Virus record (IMG/VR): IMGVR_UViG_3300034062_002168
Origin: an uncultured virus (IMG/VR IMGVR_UViG_3300034062_002168)
Lineage: Duplodnaviria; Heunggongvirae; Uroviricota; Caudoviricetes
Strand: one strand, 5' to 3'
DNA length: 64,000 nucleotides
The position numbers and the translations under genes are program-made. Below are positions 47,710 to 57,105 of the stretch, piece after piece. Numbering within the stretch: position 1 is the first letter of the stretch; each line of letters begins with the position of its first letter. A model generated the notes under the pieces. That model was not told the origin of the DNA. It saw only the letters and a program-made list of their open reading frames with translations, and did no database searches.

Positions 47710-47982
47710 ATGAACACTCCCACCACCACCAGCACGGCCACTAACGCCTACATGACCGACCACTACATGGCCGCAGCAAAGTGGGTCCGGGGCATCGAGG
47801 GGATGAAGAAAGTGCAGGACATCCAAGTGCATGATCTGTACACAGCGATCGCCATCGACGGCAGCCGCATCCTGCGCTCCTCGGAACTGACCAACCTCGC
47901 CAAGTTGTGCGAGGCGAACGGCCTTGAATACGCCGTGATCAACGGCAGCTACGGCCTGATGATCATCATTGATAAAGCATAA
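47710..47982 (+). CDS. Early hypothetical protein
   Basis: A/C-rich leader; CATCTTTG box at 47668-47675. Confidence 0.7.
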   Translation: MNTPTTTSTATNAYMTDHYMAAAKWVRGIEGMKKVQDIQVHDLYTAIAIDGSRILRSSELTNLAKLCEANGLEYAVINGSYGLMIIIDKA

Positions 47983-47995
47983 CACCAACCACACC

Positions 47996-48361
47996 ATGAA
48001 ACTAGGAACCACCACCAACAGCCTGACCAACTACCTCCTGTCAGGCACCAACGGCCAACCAATCCCATCGCCGGAAATGGGTGCCACGATGCTCCATTGG
48101 ACCGACCGCACCGCCTGTACCATCGTCATGGTCAGCGGGTCAGGCAAGCGCATCGGGGTGACCCGTGACAAGGTCACACGCATCGACAGCAACGGCATGA
48201 GCGAGGACCAAGACTACGCCTACGAGACCGACAGGTCCGGCACCGTGGAGTACTTCACGCTCCGCAAGAACGGTGCATGGGTGAAGGAAGGCGAGACCAT
48301 GAACGGTGGAACCCGCATCCGCATCGGTGACCGTAGGCACTACCACGACTTCTCGTTCTGA
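47996..48361 (+). CDS. Early hypothetical phage protein
   Basis: GATMLHWTDR...TLRKNGAW...IGDRRHYHDFSF. Confidence 0.75.
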   Translation: MKLGTTTNSLTNYLLSGTNGQPIPSPEMGATMLHWTDRTACTIVMVSGSGKRIGVTRDKVTRIDSNGMSEDQDYAYETDRSGTVEYFTLRKNGAWVKEGETMNGGTRIRIGDRRHYHDFSF

Positions 48362-48366
48362 CCCAC

Positions 48367-48412
48367 AGGGGGCGTTGGACGCCCAGCAGCGGCTCGATTC
48401 CGCTGGCCCCCT
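48367..48412 (+). ncRNA. Minimal tRNA-like element (acceptor stem plus T-arm)
   Basis: AGGGGGC...CAGCGG-CTCGATT-CCGCTG-GCCCCCT. Confidence 0.45.
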
Positions 48413-48437
48413 CCTAACCTTAAACAACCCCAACACA

Positions 48438-48665
48438 ATGAACGTCCGCCACCAACTTTCCCCGACCATGCCACGCTCGACCTACCCCGTGGAACGCATC
48501 ACCATCGACCAATACCTGAACGGCCTAGCAGAGCAGTACCGCCGCGGATGCGCCCTCACCGACCTGACGTGCAAGCGCCTCGCCCGCATCGCACTGTGCC
48601 GCGAGGTCAGCCGCGCCCTGTCCGTCCGTTTCACCTATAGACAAGCCAGCGCCCTGCTGGCCTGA
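48438..48665 (+). CDS. Early hypothetical protein
   Basis: A/C-rich leader, ATG 48438. Confidence 0.55.
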   Translation: MNVRHQLSPTMPRSTYPVERITIDQYLNGLAEQYRRGCALTDLTCKRLARIALCREVSRALSVRFTYRQASALLA

Positions 48666-48773
48666 CCTTAACACCTAGAACGCCATGAACATCATCTTCG
48701 CCTCCTACGCCGTAACGATGGCCGCTGCCATCCTGCTCCTTTCCATCATCCGTTACAACACCAACAAACAGCC

Positions 48774-48962
48774 ATGAACGACCAACAGATCATCGACCTG
48801 CTTCTTGAACTCGACGAGACCATCAACTCGCTGCGCGAAAGGTTCACCGTCTACAGCCATAAAAAAACGCCACTGCATCAGCGGGTGGCCGAGGCAGCGC
48901 GCATCCTGCGAGACCGCCAGCCCACCACCATCGGCGAACTAGAGAAGAAGGGACGCATCTAA
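48774..48962 (+). CDS. Early hypothetical protein
   Basis: 62 aa, A/C-rich leader. Confidence 0.6.
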   Translation: MNDQQIIDLLLELDETINSLRERFTVYSHKKTPLHQRVAEAARILRDRQPTTIGELEKKGRI

Positions 48963-48976
48963 ACACCTAGAACACC

Positions 48977-49342
48977 ATGAACACGCAGAACACACCCCTC
49001 GACGTTGTCCACCTGTACTATGGCAAGGTCCACGAAGCACTCCACGCCTCCCCGGCACCGGATAGCCACCTACAGGCCATCTCCCGGGCTTTCTACGGCA
49101 GGGGAAAGCACAAGGCCACCCATTTGCTGAAGAACGCCCCCAGCCCCAGCAAAGACCCTATGGCATACGCAGCATGGGCGGGCATCCAGCCCAACAGGTA
49201 CAAGGCCGCTTCCTGCATCGGCTCCACGATGCTGTACCTTGACGACGAGGCAAGGCAGATGGTCCTCGACCTGCGCAAGGTGCAGTGGCCCATGTCCCTC
49301 GACGTGGATAGCAAGGCCCTGTCCGAACTAGGGGTGATGTGA
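48977..49342 (+). CDS. Early hypothetical protein
   Basis: 121 aa, CTAGAA in the leader. Confidence 0.7.
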   Translation: MNTQNTPLDVVHLYYGKVHEALHASPAPDSHLQAISRAFYGRGKHKATHLLKNAPSPSKDPMAYAAWAGIQPNRYKAASCIGSTMLYLDDEARQMVLDLRKVQWPMSLDVDSKALSELGVM

Positions 49343-49424
49343 TTGTTGATAACTTCAACCATCACCACCACGAAACGTAACTGAACAACCACTACTTTTG
49401 CATCACCAACAAAACACAACGACC

Positions 49425-49766
49425 ATGAACTACCTACTGAACATCGGCATGGACCGCAATGACGGACCAGCCAACACTGACGGACAACTGATGATGGCCC
49501 TGCTCCGCGCTGACATCATCCACATGGGCGAAGTGTCCTACGTGCAGAGCAACACAGAGCGCACCGCCGTGGTGCAGATGGAGAAGGAGCCCAACGCCTT
49601 CCAAGTGGAGTACCTGTGCCAGCTATTGGGTCAGGAGTCCATCGCCCTGTACCGCATGAGCGAGGGTACCGGGGTGCTGTACGGTCCCAAGGCCGAGGAG
49701 TGGGGGCCGTTCAACCCCGAGTTCTTCTACCTGCCTGACGGCACGAAGCTATCCTCGATGCGCTGA
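49425..49766 (+). CDS. Early hypothetical phage protein; stop codon lies inside the hammerhead core
   Basis: Promoter box TACTTTTG at 49393-49400; LGQESIALY...GVLYGPKAEEWGPFNPEFF. Confidence 0.75.
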   Translation: MNYLLNIGMDRNDGPANTDGQLMMALLRADIIHMGEVSYVQSNTERTAVVQMEKEPNAFQVEYLCQLLGQESIALYRMSEGTGVLYGPKAEEWGPFNPEFFYLPDGTKLSSMR

Positions 49767-49809
49767 CGAGGCCGGAAGGCCGAAACTAGGGTACGCCCTA
49801 GTCCGCATC
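49757..49809 (+). ncRNA. Type I hammerhead ribozyme
   Basis: GATGCG | CTGACGA | GGCC-GGAA-GGCC | GAAA | CTAGGG-TACG-CCCTAG | TC^ | CGCATC: all core nucleotides and three perfect stems. Confidence 0.93.
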
Positions 49810-49822
49810 TAAACGCGACACA

Positions 49823-49966
49823 ATGAAACACTGCCCACTGTGCCAATCACCCAGCAGCAAGCTGGGCAAGATGGGTCAAATGACGTGGTATCGCTGCTCA
49901 GGCTGCGGTATGCAGCACTTCACCACCCACCCTTCTATGAACAAGTCTAAGACCAAGAAAGCATGA
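49823..49966 (+). CDS. 47-aa zinc-ribbon protein
   Basis: Hand translation MKHCPLCQ...WYRCSGCGMQ; ATGA overlap with the next gene. Confidence 0.65.
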   Translation: MKHCPLCQSPSSKLGKMGQMTWYRCSGCGMQHFTTHPSMNKSKTKKA

Positions 49967-50337
49967 ACAACCAACCCCGACCTCTAGAAGTAGGCGACGA
50001 ACTAGTGCAGCGCACCGGATGGCAGGGCGATTCGTTCACCATCTATCCCATCACCCGGGTCACGGAACACTTCGCCTTCAGCGGCAATGACGCCAAGTAC
50101 CAGCGCCAGCTACGCACCAAGTATGCTGGACGACACACCGGGGCGCTTGAAGCCCGCGTAGCTGGTGGTGGGTACGAGTACCACGACCTGATGAACGATG
50201 CCATCCGTGACGAGATGCAGCAGGGACAGGCCCGCAGGGACGCGATGGCCCGCTGCCGGAACATCGACTTCAAGCGGCTGACCACCGAGCAACTGGAGGC
50301 CATTGCGTCCATCGTAGAAACCAAACCTAACAACTAG
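49963..50337 (+). CDS. Early hypothetical protein
   Basis: 124 aa. Confidence 0.7.
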   Translation: MNNQPRPLEVGDELVQRTGWQGDSFTIYPITRVTEHFAFSGNDAKYQRQLRTKYAGRHTGALEARVAGGGYEYHDLMNDAIRDEMQQGQARRDAMARCRNIDFKRLTTEQLEAIASIVETKPNN

Positions 50338-50342
50338 AAACC

Positions 50343-50834
50343 ATGCCACAGACAATCCACACCGTTGTGTACCTGTTCCACGAACTGAGCGACAAGGCCA
50401 AGGACAAGGCCCGCCAATGGTGGCGCGAAGTCGGCACCGATAACGACTGGTGGGAACAGGTCTACGAAGATGCCGAACAGGTGGGCATCAAGATCATAGG
50501 CTTTGACATTGGCCGGGGACAGTGCATCGACACCCAAATTCACGATGCCGACAACACCGCCGCCCTGATCCTTGAGAACCACGGCGAAGGGTGCGACACA
50601 TACCAAGCCGCCCGGAAGTATTGGGGCGCCGTGAAGGCGGCGAACGATGCCGACCAAGAGGACATTTGTGACGTGCTGGCGGACCTTCGTTCGGACTTCA
50701 TTGGTGAAGTGGAACGATGCTACCTCAAGTCCCTGCACGAGCAGTACGAGTACGAGATGTCCGACGAGAACATCGCGGAGAACATCGAGGCCCAAGGATA
50801 CACCTTCACGGCCGATGGAAAGCGCTTCGGATAG
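50343..50834 (+). CDS. Acidic early phage protein
   Basis: VYLFHELSDKAKDKARQWW...YEYEMSDE...YTFTADG. Confidence 0.75.
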   Translation: MPQTIHTVVYLFHELSDKAKDKARQWWREVGTDNDWWEQVYEDAEQVGIKIIGFDIGRGQCIDTQIHDADNTAALILENHGEGCDTYQAARKYWGAVKAANDADQEDICDVLADLRSDFIGEVERCYLKSLHEQYEYEMSDENIAENIEAQGYTFTADGKRFG

Positions 50835-50870
50835 ACAACGCACCCAAACCAAAACTAACACCTAGAACCA

Positions 50871-51494
50871 ATGAACACCGAAACATTCGCCAAGTACAAG
50901 GATAAGCTGGAGGCCATCGCCTCCGAACTGGGATACACACTCCACGCTGATATGCTCGACTCCGAGAACGACTGGTGGCCTTGGTCCCTCGTCCGTCTGA
51001 TGTCGGGGACCGCCGCCCTGCCCGACATCCACATCGACGAGACCACCTACGGGGCGAACAAGGGCCGGGGACAAGCCAGCCTGTGCCTCCCCGCTGACCC
51101 TTGGGGGAATAGTGTGGGCCGGGACATGCCCAGCACCTCGTTCGACTTCTCGCGAGGATCCAAGGCCATTGCTGGTCAACTCCGAAAGCTGATCAACTCC
51201 GAGGCATACGGCAAGGCGCTGGTGGAGATCAAGCAGCGTGTGGAACGTCACGAGGCAAGGGTGAGCGCAGCGCTGGACCTGTCGATGGCACTGAAGGGGT
51301 CGAAGCTGGCCTTCAAGGAGGCCCATACCAACGGCAACAATCCCGACCACTCCGGTGACGTGAAGATGATGTACTACGTGGACAACTTCGGCACCATCGA
51401 GATCGGCTACGGAGGAAGCTACTACATCAAGCCCGATGCGACCACGGCCAGCGCATGGCGTATCGCTGCTGCTATCAATGCCCTGCTGTCATGA
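50871..51494 (+). CDS. Early hypothetical protein
   Basis: 207 aa, CTAGAA in the leader. Confidence 0.7.
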   Translation: MNTETFAKYKDKLEAIASELGYTLHADMLDSENDWWPWSLVRLMSGTAALPDIHIDETTYGANKGRGQASLCLPADPWGNSVGRDMPSTSFDFSRGSKAIAGQLRKLINSEAYGKALVEIKQRVERHEARVSAALDLSMALKGSKLAFKEAHTNGNNPDHSGDVKMMYYVDNFGTIEIGYGGSYYIKPDATTASAWRIAAAINALLS

Positions 51495-51724
51495 CCAAGA
51501 CCAGCAAGTACCACGGGGTCCGCTATCAGTCACCTGAGGGGGTCCACGACAGGTGGAAGGCAAGGGCCGAGAGAAAGCCTTGGAGGGGATACATCTACAC
51601 ATCCAAGGGCAAGGCAGGGGACAAGTGCTTCGCCACCGAGCGTGAAGCTGCTATCTACGTGGATACCATCAACCTACAGCTACGCCTAGGGCGACCGCTG
51701 AACATCCTGAAACCAAAGCCATGA
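51491..51724 (+). CDS. AP2-like DNA-binding domain protein
   Basis: TSKYHGV...W...FATEREAAIYVD. Confidence 0.6.
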   Translation: MTKTSKYHGVRYQSPEGVHDRWKARAERKPWRGYIYTSKGKAGDKCFATEREAAIYVDTINLQLRLGRPLNILKPKP

Positions 51725-52027
51725 GCACCATCCTTAAACGCGCCCTTCTCCTTGCCGCAGGAGCAGCCCTGTCGTGGCTGTCCATTTCCCCGGCGCCCAT
51801 GATGATCGCACTGCTGATCCGTAAATCCATCTACTAGACCAACGACCATGAACACCACCACCAAGCGAACCGCCATCATCGCAGCCGGAGCAGCCATCTC
51901 CCTGCTGGCACTAAGCCCACTGCCGCTGATCGCTTCCATCATCGCACTCAAGTCGATGTACTGATGCAATCACCTGAGTATCAACAACTTGTCATGGGAT
52001 ACAATTCCTTTGTACCTTTGTCGCATT

Positions 52028-52252
52028 ATGACGACAAAGAAGTACGACAAGGTTCTGATCGAGCGTGTGCTGAAGATCCGCGAGGGCATCGAACCGCAAC
52101 CCTATTCCATCCTTCGTTCCGTAGACAAGACGCTGGACGATGTGCCCGACAAGTACCGCCGCATCCTTGGATCACGGGTGTTCCCCGGCGACTCCCCGCT
52201 GGTGGAAAGGCTGGAGCAAGCCAAGGACAAGTTCATGAAGGCGTTCGCATAA
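52028..52252 (+). CDS. Hypothetical protein (possible DNA binder)
   Basis: ATG after TACCTTTG (52013-52020). Confidence 0.6.
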   Translation: MTTKKYDKVLIERVLKIREGIEPQPYSILRSVDKTLDDVPDKYRRILGSRVFPGDSPLVERLEQAKDKFMKAFA

Positions 52253-52331
52253 CGGAAGTTATGAACAACTGTTGACAGGTACGAATTGATTCGTACCTTT
52301 GCGTCTCTTCGTCCACTAAACCCTAGCACCG

Positions 52332-52538
52332 ATGCTTGTATACCGAATGTTTTGGCAGTACCGCGAATCCAAGGATTCCAAGGGGGAGGGATCTCCCATC
52401 CTGTTTCACAAGGAAAAGGCAGAGCGTATCTGCCGTCACCACGACCATCTCTATCCGCACATCAGGCACTGGTGGGAGGAGGTGTCGTTCAATGAGGAGG
52501 CACACGGCCACCTGTTGACCAATCCTCTAGAATCATGA
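52332..52538 (+). CDS. Hypothetical protein
   Basis: Follows promoter box 52294-52301. Confidence 0.55.
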   Translation: MLVYRMFWQYRESKDSKGEGSPILFHKEKAERICRHHDHLYPHIRHWWEEVSFNEEAHGHLLTNPLES

Positions 52539-52673
52539 GCCGCATGGGACAGGTCTACATGGACTACATGGAGGCCAATAAGGTCGATCCACGGCTGACC
52601 GAGGAGGAACACTTGGCCCGAGTGGCCTACAGCAAGAACAAACAACCGGCGAAAGCCACAAAACCAAAGACAG

Positions 52674-53450
52674 ATGAGAGGAAGCAGCAGTAACGCCGGT
52701 TCTATCTTCCTGCGTATCGCAGAGGGGAAGATCGTGGAGACGGTAACGCCCGACCACCCGAACGCGGTGAAGCGTGTGAACAAGCAGGGAAAGGAGGTCT
52801 ACGAGCGCATCGACGACTTCGTTCAGGGCACGATCACGTCCATCTTCGAGCACACCAACGAGTACAATGGTGAGCAGATCAAGGAACTTCGTGTGCGGTT
52901 GCAGGACGGGGCCGATACCTACCAACTGTCCCTGAAGGAAGGCAGTCGATACTGGTCCTCCTTCGCCATCCGCATGCCCAACGTGGATCTCAAGAGGCCG
53001 GTGAAGTTCTCGCCCTTCAGCTTCACGGACAAGACCACGGGGGCAAATGTTGTGGGCATGAACCTGTTCCAAGGTGGAGAGAAGGTACAGCCCCGCTTCA
53101 CCAAGGAGAACCCCGGCAAGATGCCACAGGGGAATCAGGTCATGTTCCAAGGCAAGCCGAAGTGGGATTTCTACGCCCGCGACCAGTTCCTGATCGGTGT
53201 CATCAATTACGTGGCCGGTCAGTTGCGTGTCGATGGCGAGGCCGTGGCAGGAGAGACGGGAATGCCGGTGCATCAGCCACAGGCCACATCGCAAAGCCAG
53301 CCGGTGTTCACGCAGCCGGTGGCACAGGCCATGGGGCAAACCCCACCACCCACCACCCAGTACCCCGGTACTGTTGTGCCGCCACAGGCACCCATGCCTA
53401 CGCAGCAGCCGATGCACATCACATCGGAGGTCGATGACCTCCCATGGTAG
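52674..53450 (+). CDS. Probable single-stranded DNA-binding protein
   Basis: Beta-rich core, Pro/Gln linker and acidic-aromatic tail EVDDLPW. Confidence 0.6.
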   Translation: MRGSSSNAGSIFLRIAEGKIVETVTPDHPNAVKRVNKQGKEVYERIDDFVQGTITSIFEHTNEYNGEQIKELRVRLQDGADTYQLSLKEGSRYWSSFAIRMPNVDLKRPVKFSPFSFTDKTTGANVVGMNLFQGGEKVQPRFTKENPGKMPQGNQVMFQGKPKWDFYARDQFLIGVINYVAGQLRVDGEAVAGETGMPVHQPQATSQSQPVFTQPVAQAMGQTPPPTTQYPGTVVPPQAPMPTQQPMHITSEVDDLPW

Positions 53451-53464
53451 TAAGTAGTTGAACC

Positions 53465-53558
53465 GACCATAACGAACCACCCGATCGTGTCCCTGTAACA
53501 CATCCACACAGTTTAACCACTGAGTGTCTAGTGAGAAAGAGGGTGGATTCGTTTGGTC
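53465..53558 (+). ncRNA. Intergenic ~94-nt structured element
   Basis: GACCA-t-AACGAA-CCACCC pairs with GGGTGG-a-TTCGTT-TGGTC; two inner hairpins. Confidence 0.45.
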
Positions 53559-53572
53559 AAATAACCTAGAAC

Positions 53573-54022
53573 ATGACAACCAAAGAAATTATCGACCACG
53601 TCGAGCGCCTTGCTATGGATGTGGAGAGCGGAGCGGATGGAACGGACGCCATCGACGCACTGGCCCAGCTACGGCTACTTGCCAAGGCCATGACCACGGC
53701 CGAACTGATCGTGGAGCCTAAGGCACGGGAGCAAGCAGCGAACATGCCCAAGGAGTTCGTACACAACGGGATGAAGTGGTCGCAGCGACCCGGATCACGC
53801 AAGCTAACCTTCGACCACATCGCACAGTACAAGGATATCCAAGAAGCAGCCAAGGCTGAACTGGAGGCCATTGCTGTGAAGGCAAGGTGGGCGTTCGACC
53901 AGATCCAGCGATCCACGAACCTTACGATGGTGGACGGCAAGCTGTTGAACCCGGAGACCGGGGAACTAGTGGAGCCAGCCAAGGCCACATTCAGCAAGGA
54001 CTCCTTAGTGATGGGCAAATGA
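53573..54022 (+). CDS. Hypothetical protein
   Basis: 149 aa; NPETGELV motif. Confidence 0.7.
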   Translation: MTTKEIIDHVERLAMDVESGADGTDAIDALAQLRLLAKAMTTAELIVEPKAREQAANMPKEFVHNGMKWSQRPGSRKLTFDHIAQYKDIQEAAKAELEAIAVKARWAFDQIQRSTNLTMVDGKLLNPETGELVEPAKATFSKDSLVMGK

Positions 54023-54450
54023 CAGAGGAACTATGCTCTGACCTTGACAGGTACATCGAACACGCTCGTTCCATGAACCTCACGCCACACCAGATGCTGG
54101 ACCTTCAGACACAGATAGCGGGTGTGCGGTACACCCTGTCTCACAAGCTGGCCGAAGCTGAACGAGCCATGCTGTCGGCCAAAGATCGGCGCGACCTGCA
54201 CTTGGTCCGTGAGACACTGAAGCTGCAAGCCATGGACAAGAAGCTGTCCACCGCCCGGGCGCAGGATCAGGTGAACGATACCTTGACCATGGAGTTGATC
54301 CACCAAGATGTGATCTCCACCAAGATCGACCACGCATCCATCAAGGGACGTTTGGATACATCCAGTGATATGCTCGTGTCGCTGGCGCAAAGGATCAAAC
54401 GAGCGGAACAGGAACAGATCGAATCACGGATGCAGACACGACACGCATGA
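54019..54450 (+). CDS. Coiled-coil protein (possible recombination mediator)
   Basis: ATGA-coupled, helical, in the replication block. Confidence 0.6.
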   Translation: MTEELCSDLDRYIEHARSMNLTPHQMLDLQTQIAGVRYTLSHKLAEAERAMLSAKDRRDLHLVRETLKLQAMDKKLSTARAQDQVNDTLTMELIHQDVISTKIDHASIKGRLDTSSDMLVSLAQRIKRAEQEQIESRMQTRHA

Positions 54451-55742
54451 CCCAAGAACTCAACCAAGAACTGACCAAGGCAAACCTGACCCAAGCCATC
54501 ATCGCTGGGTTGCAGGGACAGGCCGAAGTATTGCTGGCCGAGAAGATCACCAGCAAGGCCGACTACGAGGCCGTGGATCGCTTCCGAAAGGACGTGAAGA
54601 ACTACCGCCTCGCCGGTGAGAAGATCTTCGAGCACGAGATCGCAGAGCGTAACAGGCTCCACAAGGAGGCCATCGCCAAGAAGAAGGACGTGCTGGCCCC
54701 CATCATTGACGTGGAGAACAAGGCCAAGGCCCGTGTGTTCGAGTGGGAGTACGAGCAGGAGCAGAAGGCCAAGAAAGCCGAGGAAGATCGTCTGCGGGCC
54801 ATTGAGGAGCGTAAAACAGCCCTGATGGAGATGGGCTACATGCTCAAGGAAGGAGTGTGGACGCTTGAAGGGCTGTCCATCGACGCTGACGAGGCCATCA
54901 AGGCTGACGCGGAGAAGTGGGGCAACCTGTTACGGTCGCTACGGATGCACAGCGAAGAGGTTGCTGCTGCCAAGGCTGAAGCTATTCGTCTGCAAGCTGA
55001 AGAGGCCGAACGGTTGGTCAAGCGACTGGCTGAACTGGAGGAAAAGGAGAAGGTCGTCCGTGAGGCTGAGGCCAAGGTTCGGGCCAGCGTGAATGAGGCA
55101 AGGAAGAACCAGATGCTGGCCGCGTGCCCTGACCTAGGGGCTGACGGCATTGCGGCTATCCTTGAAGAGCGCAACGATAGCGATGAGGAGTGGAATGAAT
55201 GGGTGCGCAAACTTGGCGAAGAGTATCAACAGCGTGTTGCTGCCCGTGCCCGCCAAGAACTGATCGCCACCCGTGTAGCTAGGCTGCATGATGCAGGGTG
55301 GTTCTCTGTCGAAACTGACCATGGGATAGCCGCAAGCCTGAGCATCACCATCGGTAACTCAACCAAATGGGAGGAGCATTTGCTTGAAGATATTGCTACT
55401 TGGCACGAGGACAACTTCCAGAGTCTTGTCGATCAAGGCTTCGAGGAACTCACCCGCCGCCAAGTCGCCAAGGAAGAAGCCATCCGTCAACAGGAGCGTG
55501 ACCGCATCGCCAAGGAAGCAGCCGACAAAGCAGAGGCAGAACGGCTGGCTACTGAGCAGCGGGTGGCGATGGATGGCGACAAGGAACTGATCCGCCAGTG
55601 CTTGGTGGTGGTACAGAACGCTGGCGCCAAGCTCAAGGAGATCGTTCCACAGGTGAAGACCAAGGCCGTGAAGGACAAGGTTGAGCAGACCATGGAGATG
55701 CTGCGAAACTGTTACATTGAACTTAACAAACTACAACAATGA
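54447..55742 (+). CDS. Long coiled-coil protein
   Basis: 431 aa, E/K/A/R-rich. Confidence 0.75.
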   Translation: MTQELNQELTKANLTQAIIAGLQGQAEVLLAEKITSKADYEAVDRFRKDVKNYRLAGEKIFEHEIAERNRLHKEAIAKKKDVLAPIIDVENKAKARVFEWEYEQEQKAKKAEEDRLRAIEERKTALMEMGYMLKEGVWTLEGLSIDADEAIKADAEKWGNLLRSLRMHSEEVAAAKAEAIRLQAEEAERLVKRLAELEEKEKVVREAEAKVRASVNEARKNQMLAACPDLGADGIAAILEERNDSDEEWNEWVRKLGEEYQQRVAARARQELIATRVARLHDAGWFSVETDHGIAASLSITIGNSTKWEEHLLEDIATWHEDNFQSLVDQGFEELTRRQVAKEEAIRQQERDRIAKEAADKAEAERLATEQRVAMDGDKELIRQCLVVVQNAGAKLKEIVPQVKTKAVKDKVEQTMEMLRNCYIELNKLQQ

Positions 55743-55969
55743 ACATTGACTGGATCTGTTTTCTGAAGGCTGTGGTAAGTGTTCTGTGTTCGCTTGCCAT
55801 CTCTGCCCTGATAGTGGCGATTGGGATTGCTGCGATATGGGGTGTCGGCAAGGCGCTGGGTCGTCTTGGTGTGGATGAGGCAACCACACATCGCGGTACT
55901 GCCATTGTGATTGCCAGTATTGCTGTGATCGCATTGTGCGCCATGACATACCTAAGAAACTGCCCATGA
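55739..55969 (+). CDS. Small 2-TM membrane protein
   Basis: Two hydrophobic helices. Confidence 0.6.
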   Translation: MNIDWICFLKAVVSVLCSLAISALIVAIGIAAIWGVGKALGRLGVDEATTHRGTAIVIASIAVIALCAMTYLRNCP

Positions 55970-56093
55970 GTTACAACCCCAACGGATCGCGGGAACACCG
56001 CCGCATGAAGCCACCGGTCTACGCACCCGTGGATCTCACCAAGAACAAGCAGCATAGCACGCTGCGACTCTCACACACTATAACACCAGAAGG

Positions 56094-56699
56094 ATGGGGA
56101 ACATCGAACCACTACACCGCAGCAGTAACGGCTTGGAAAACACGTTCCTAGGCCGACTGAACGACCGCGTAATGACAGCCGTCTGCGTGGCGATGCACGA
56201 GAACGACAGGGCCATGTCACCGGCACTATTGATGAGCAGGACGCGTCAGGCGGACATCGTATTTGCACGATCGACCTGCATGTTGATCCTGTGGGGATCT
56301 TATGGGCATGGAGTAACATCCATAGGCAACACATACGGGATGAACCACGCATCCGTGATCCATGCACGCACGTCATCGGTCAACAGGATCGAGCAGGAGG
56401 GATGGTGCGGAAGGGTGTACATCACCGCCTGTCACCTGTTGAACATCGAGACTCTGGAATATATCCATCCGGTATTGGTGGACAAGAGATCGGAGCCGAA
56501 GCACACCAACAACGTCGTCAAGGTCCGAAGGATGCAAAGGGCAAATAGCCTAAAGGAACGACCACGAGAAACGTCCACAAGCCCAAGCGTATGGAGTGCC
56601 GAGCAACTGGCCCGAAGGAAGCTGGCTAATGATTTTCCGGGAGACGTACCACGAAGGCTTATACTTGCCTTTGAGAGGAGGTTTGGAGTGCAGCTTTGA
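56094..56699 (+). CDS. Protein with a DnaA C-terminal-like HTH domain
   Basis: SRTRQADIVFARSTCMLIL...IGNTYGMNHASVIHA; start uncertain. Confidence 0.7.
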   Translation: MGNIEPLHRSSNGLENTFLGRLNDRVMTAVCVAMHENDRAMSPALLMSRTRQADIVFARSTCMLILWGSYGHGVTSIGNTYGMNHASVIHARTSSVNRIEQEGWCGRVYITACHLLNIETLEYIHPVLVDKRSEPKHTNNVVKVRRMQRANSLKERPRETSTSPSVWSAEQLARRKLANDFPGDVPRRLILAFERRFGVQL

Positions 56700-56744
56700 G
56701 TACCTTGCCGACCGCCGTCCTAGAACCACTAAAACACCAATGAC

Positions 56745-57104
56745 ATGCCAGAGGAAGAAGTCTTTGCCGTATTCGGCAGACCAGACATCAATGAGGCGAT
56801 GGACTACTTTAGGTCCAAGCTGTCCGTCCCACTGGATGGGACAAATGAAGGCAACCGTCGCTTCGCCAAGCTGACCTTCGACTTCCTGAAGAAGGAGTAC
56901 CCCGGAGCCAACCACATCTCGATGGTCAAGCGGCTGATCGACATTGCCATGTCCGACGAGTTCTGGCGGGGAGCCTGCACGTCCTTCAGGGTTCTCTACA
57001 ACAACAAGAGCAAGCTGATGCTGTTGGGGAAGCAGCAGAAGGAGGCGGAGCAGAAGGAGAAGCCAGCCTATCGCATCGTGAACGGACTTAGACAGTGGGA
57101 TTGA
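56745..57104 (+). CDS. Hypothetical replication protein (possible helicase loader)
   Basis: 119 aa immediately upstream of DnaB. Confidence 0.55.
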   Translation: MPEEEVFAVFGRPDINEAMDYFRSKLSVPLDGTNEGNRRFAKLTFDFLKKEYPGANHISMVKRLIDIAMSDEFWRGACTSFRVLYNNKSKLMLLGKQQKEAEQKEKPAYRIVNGLRQWD

Positions 57105-57105
57105 T

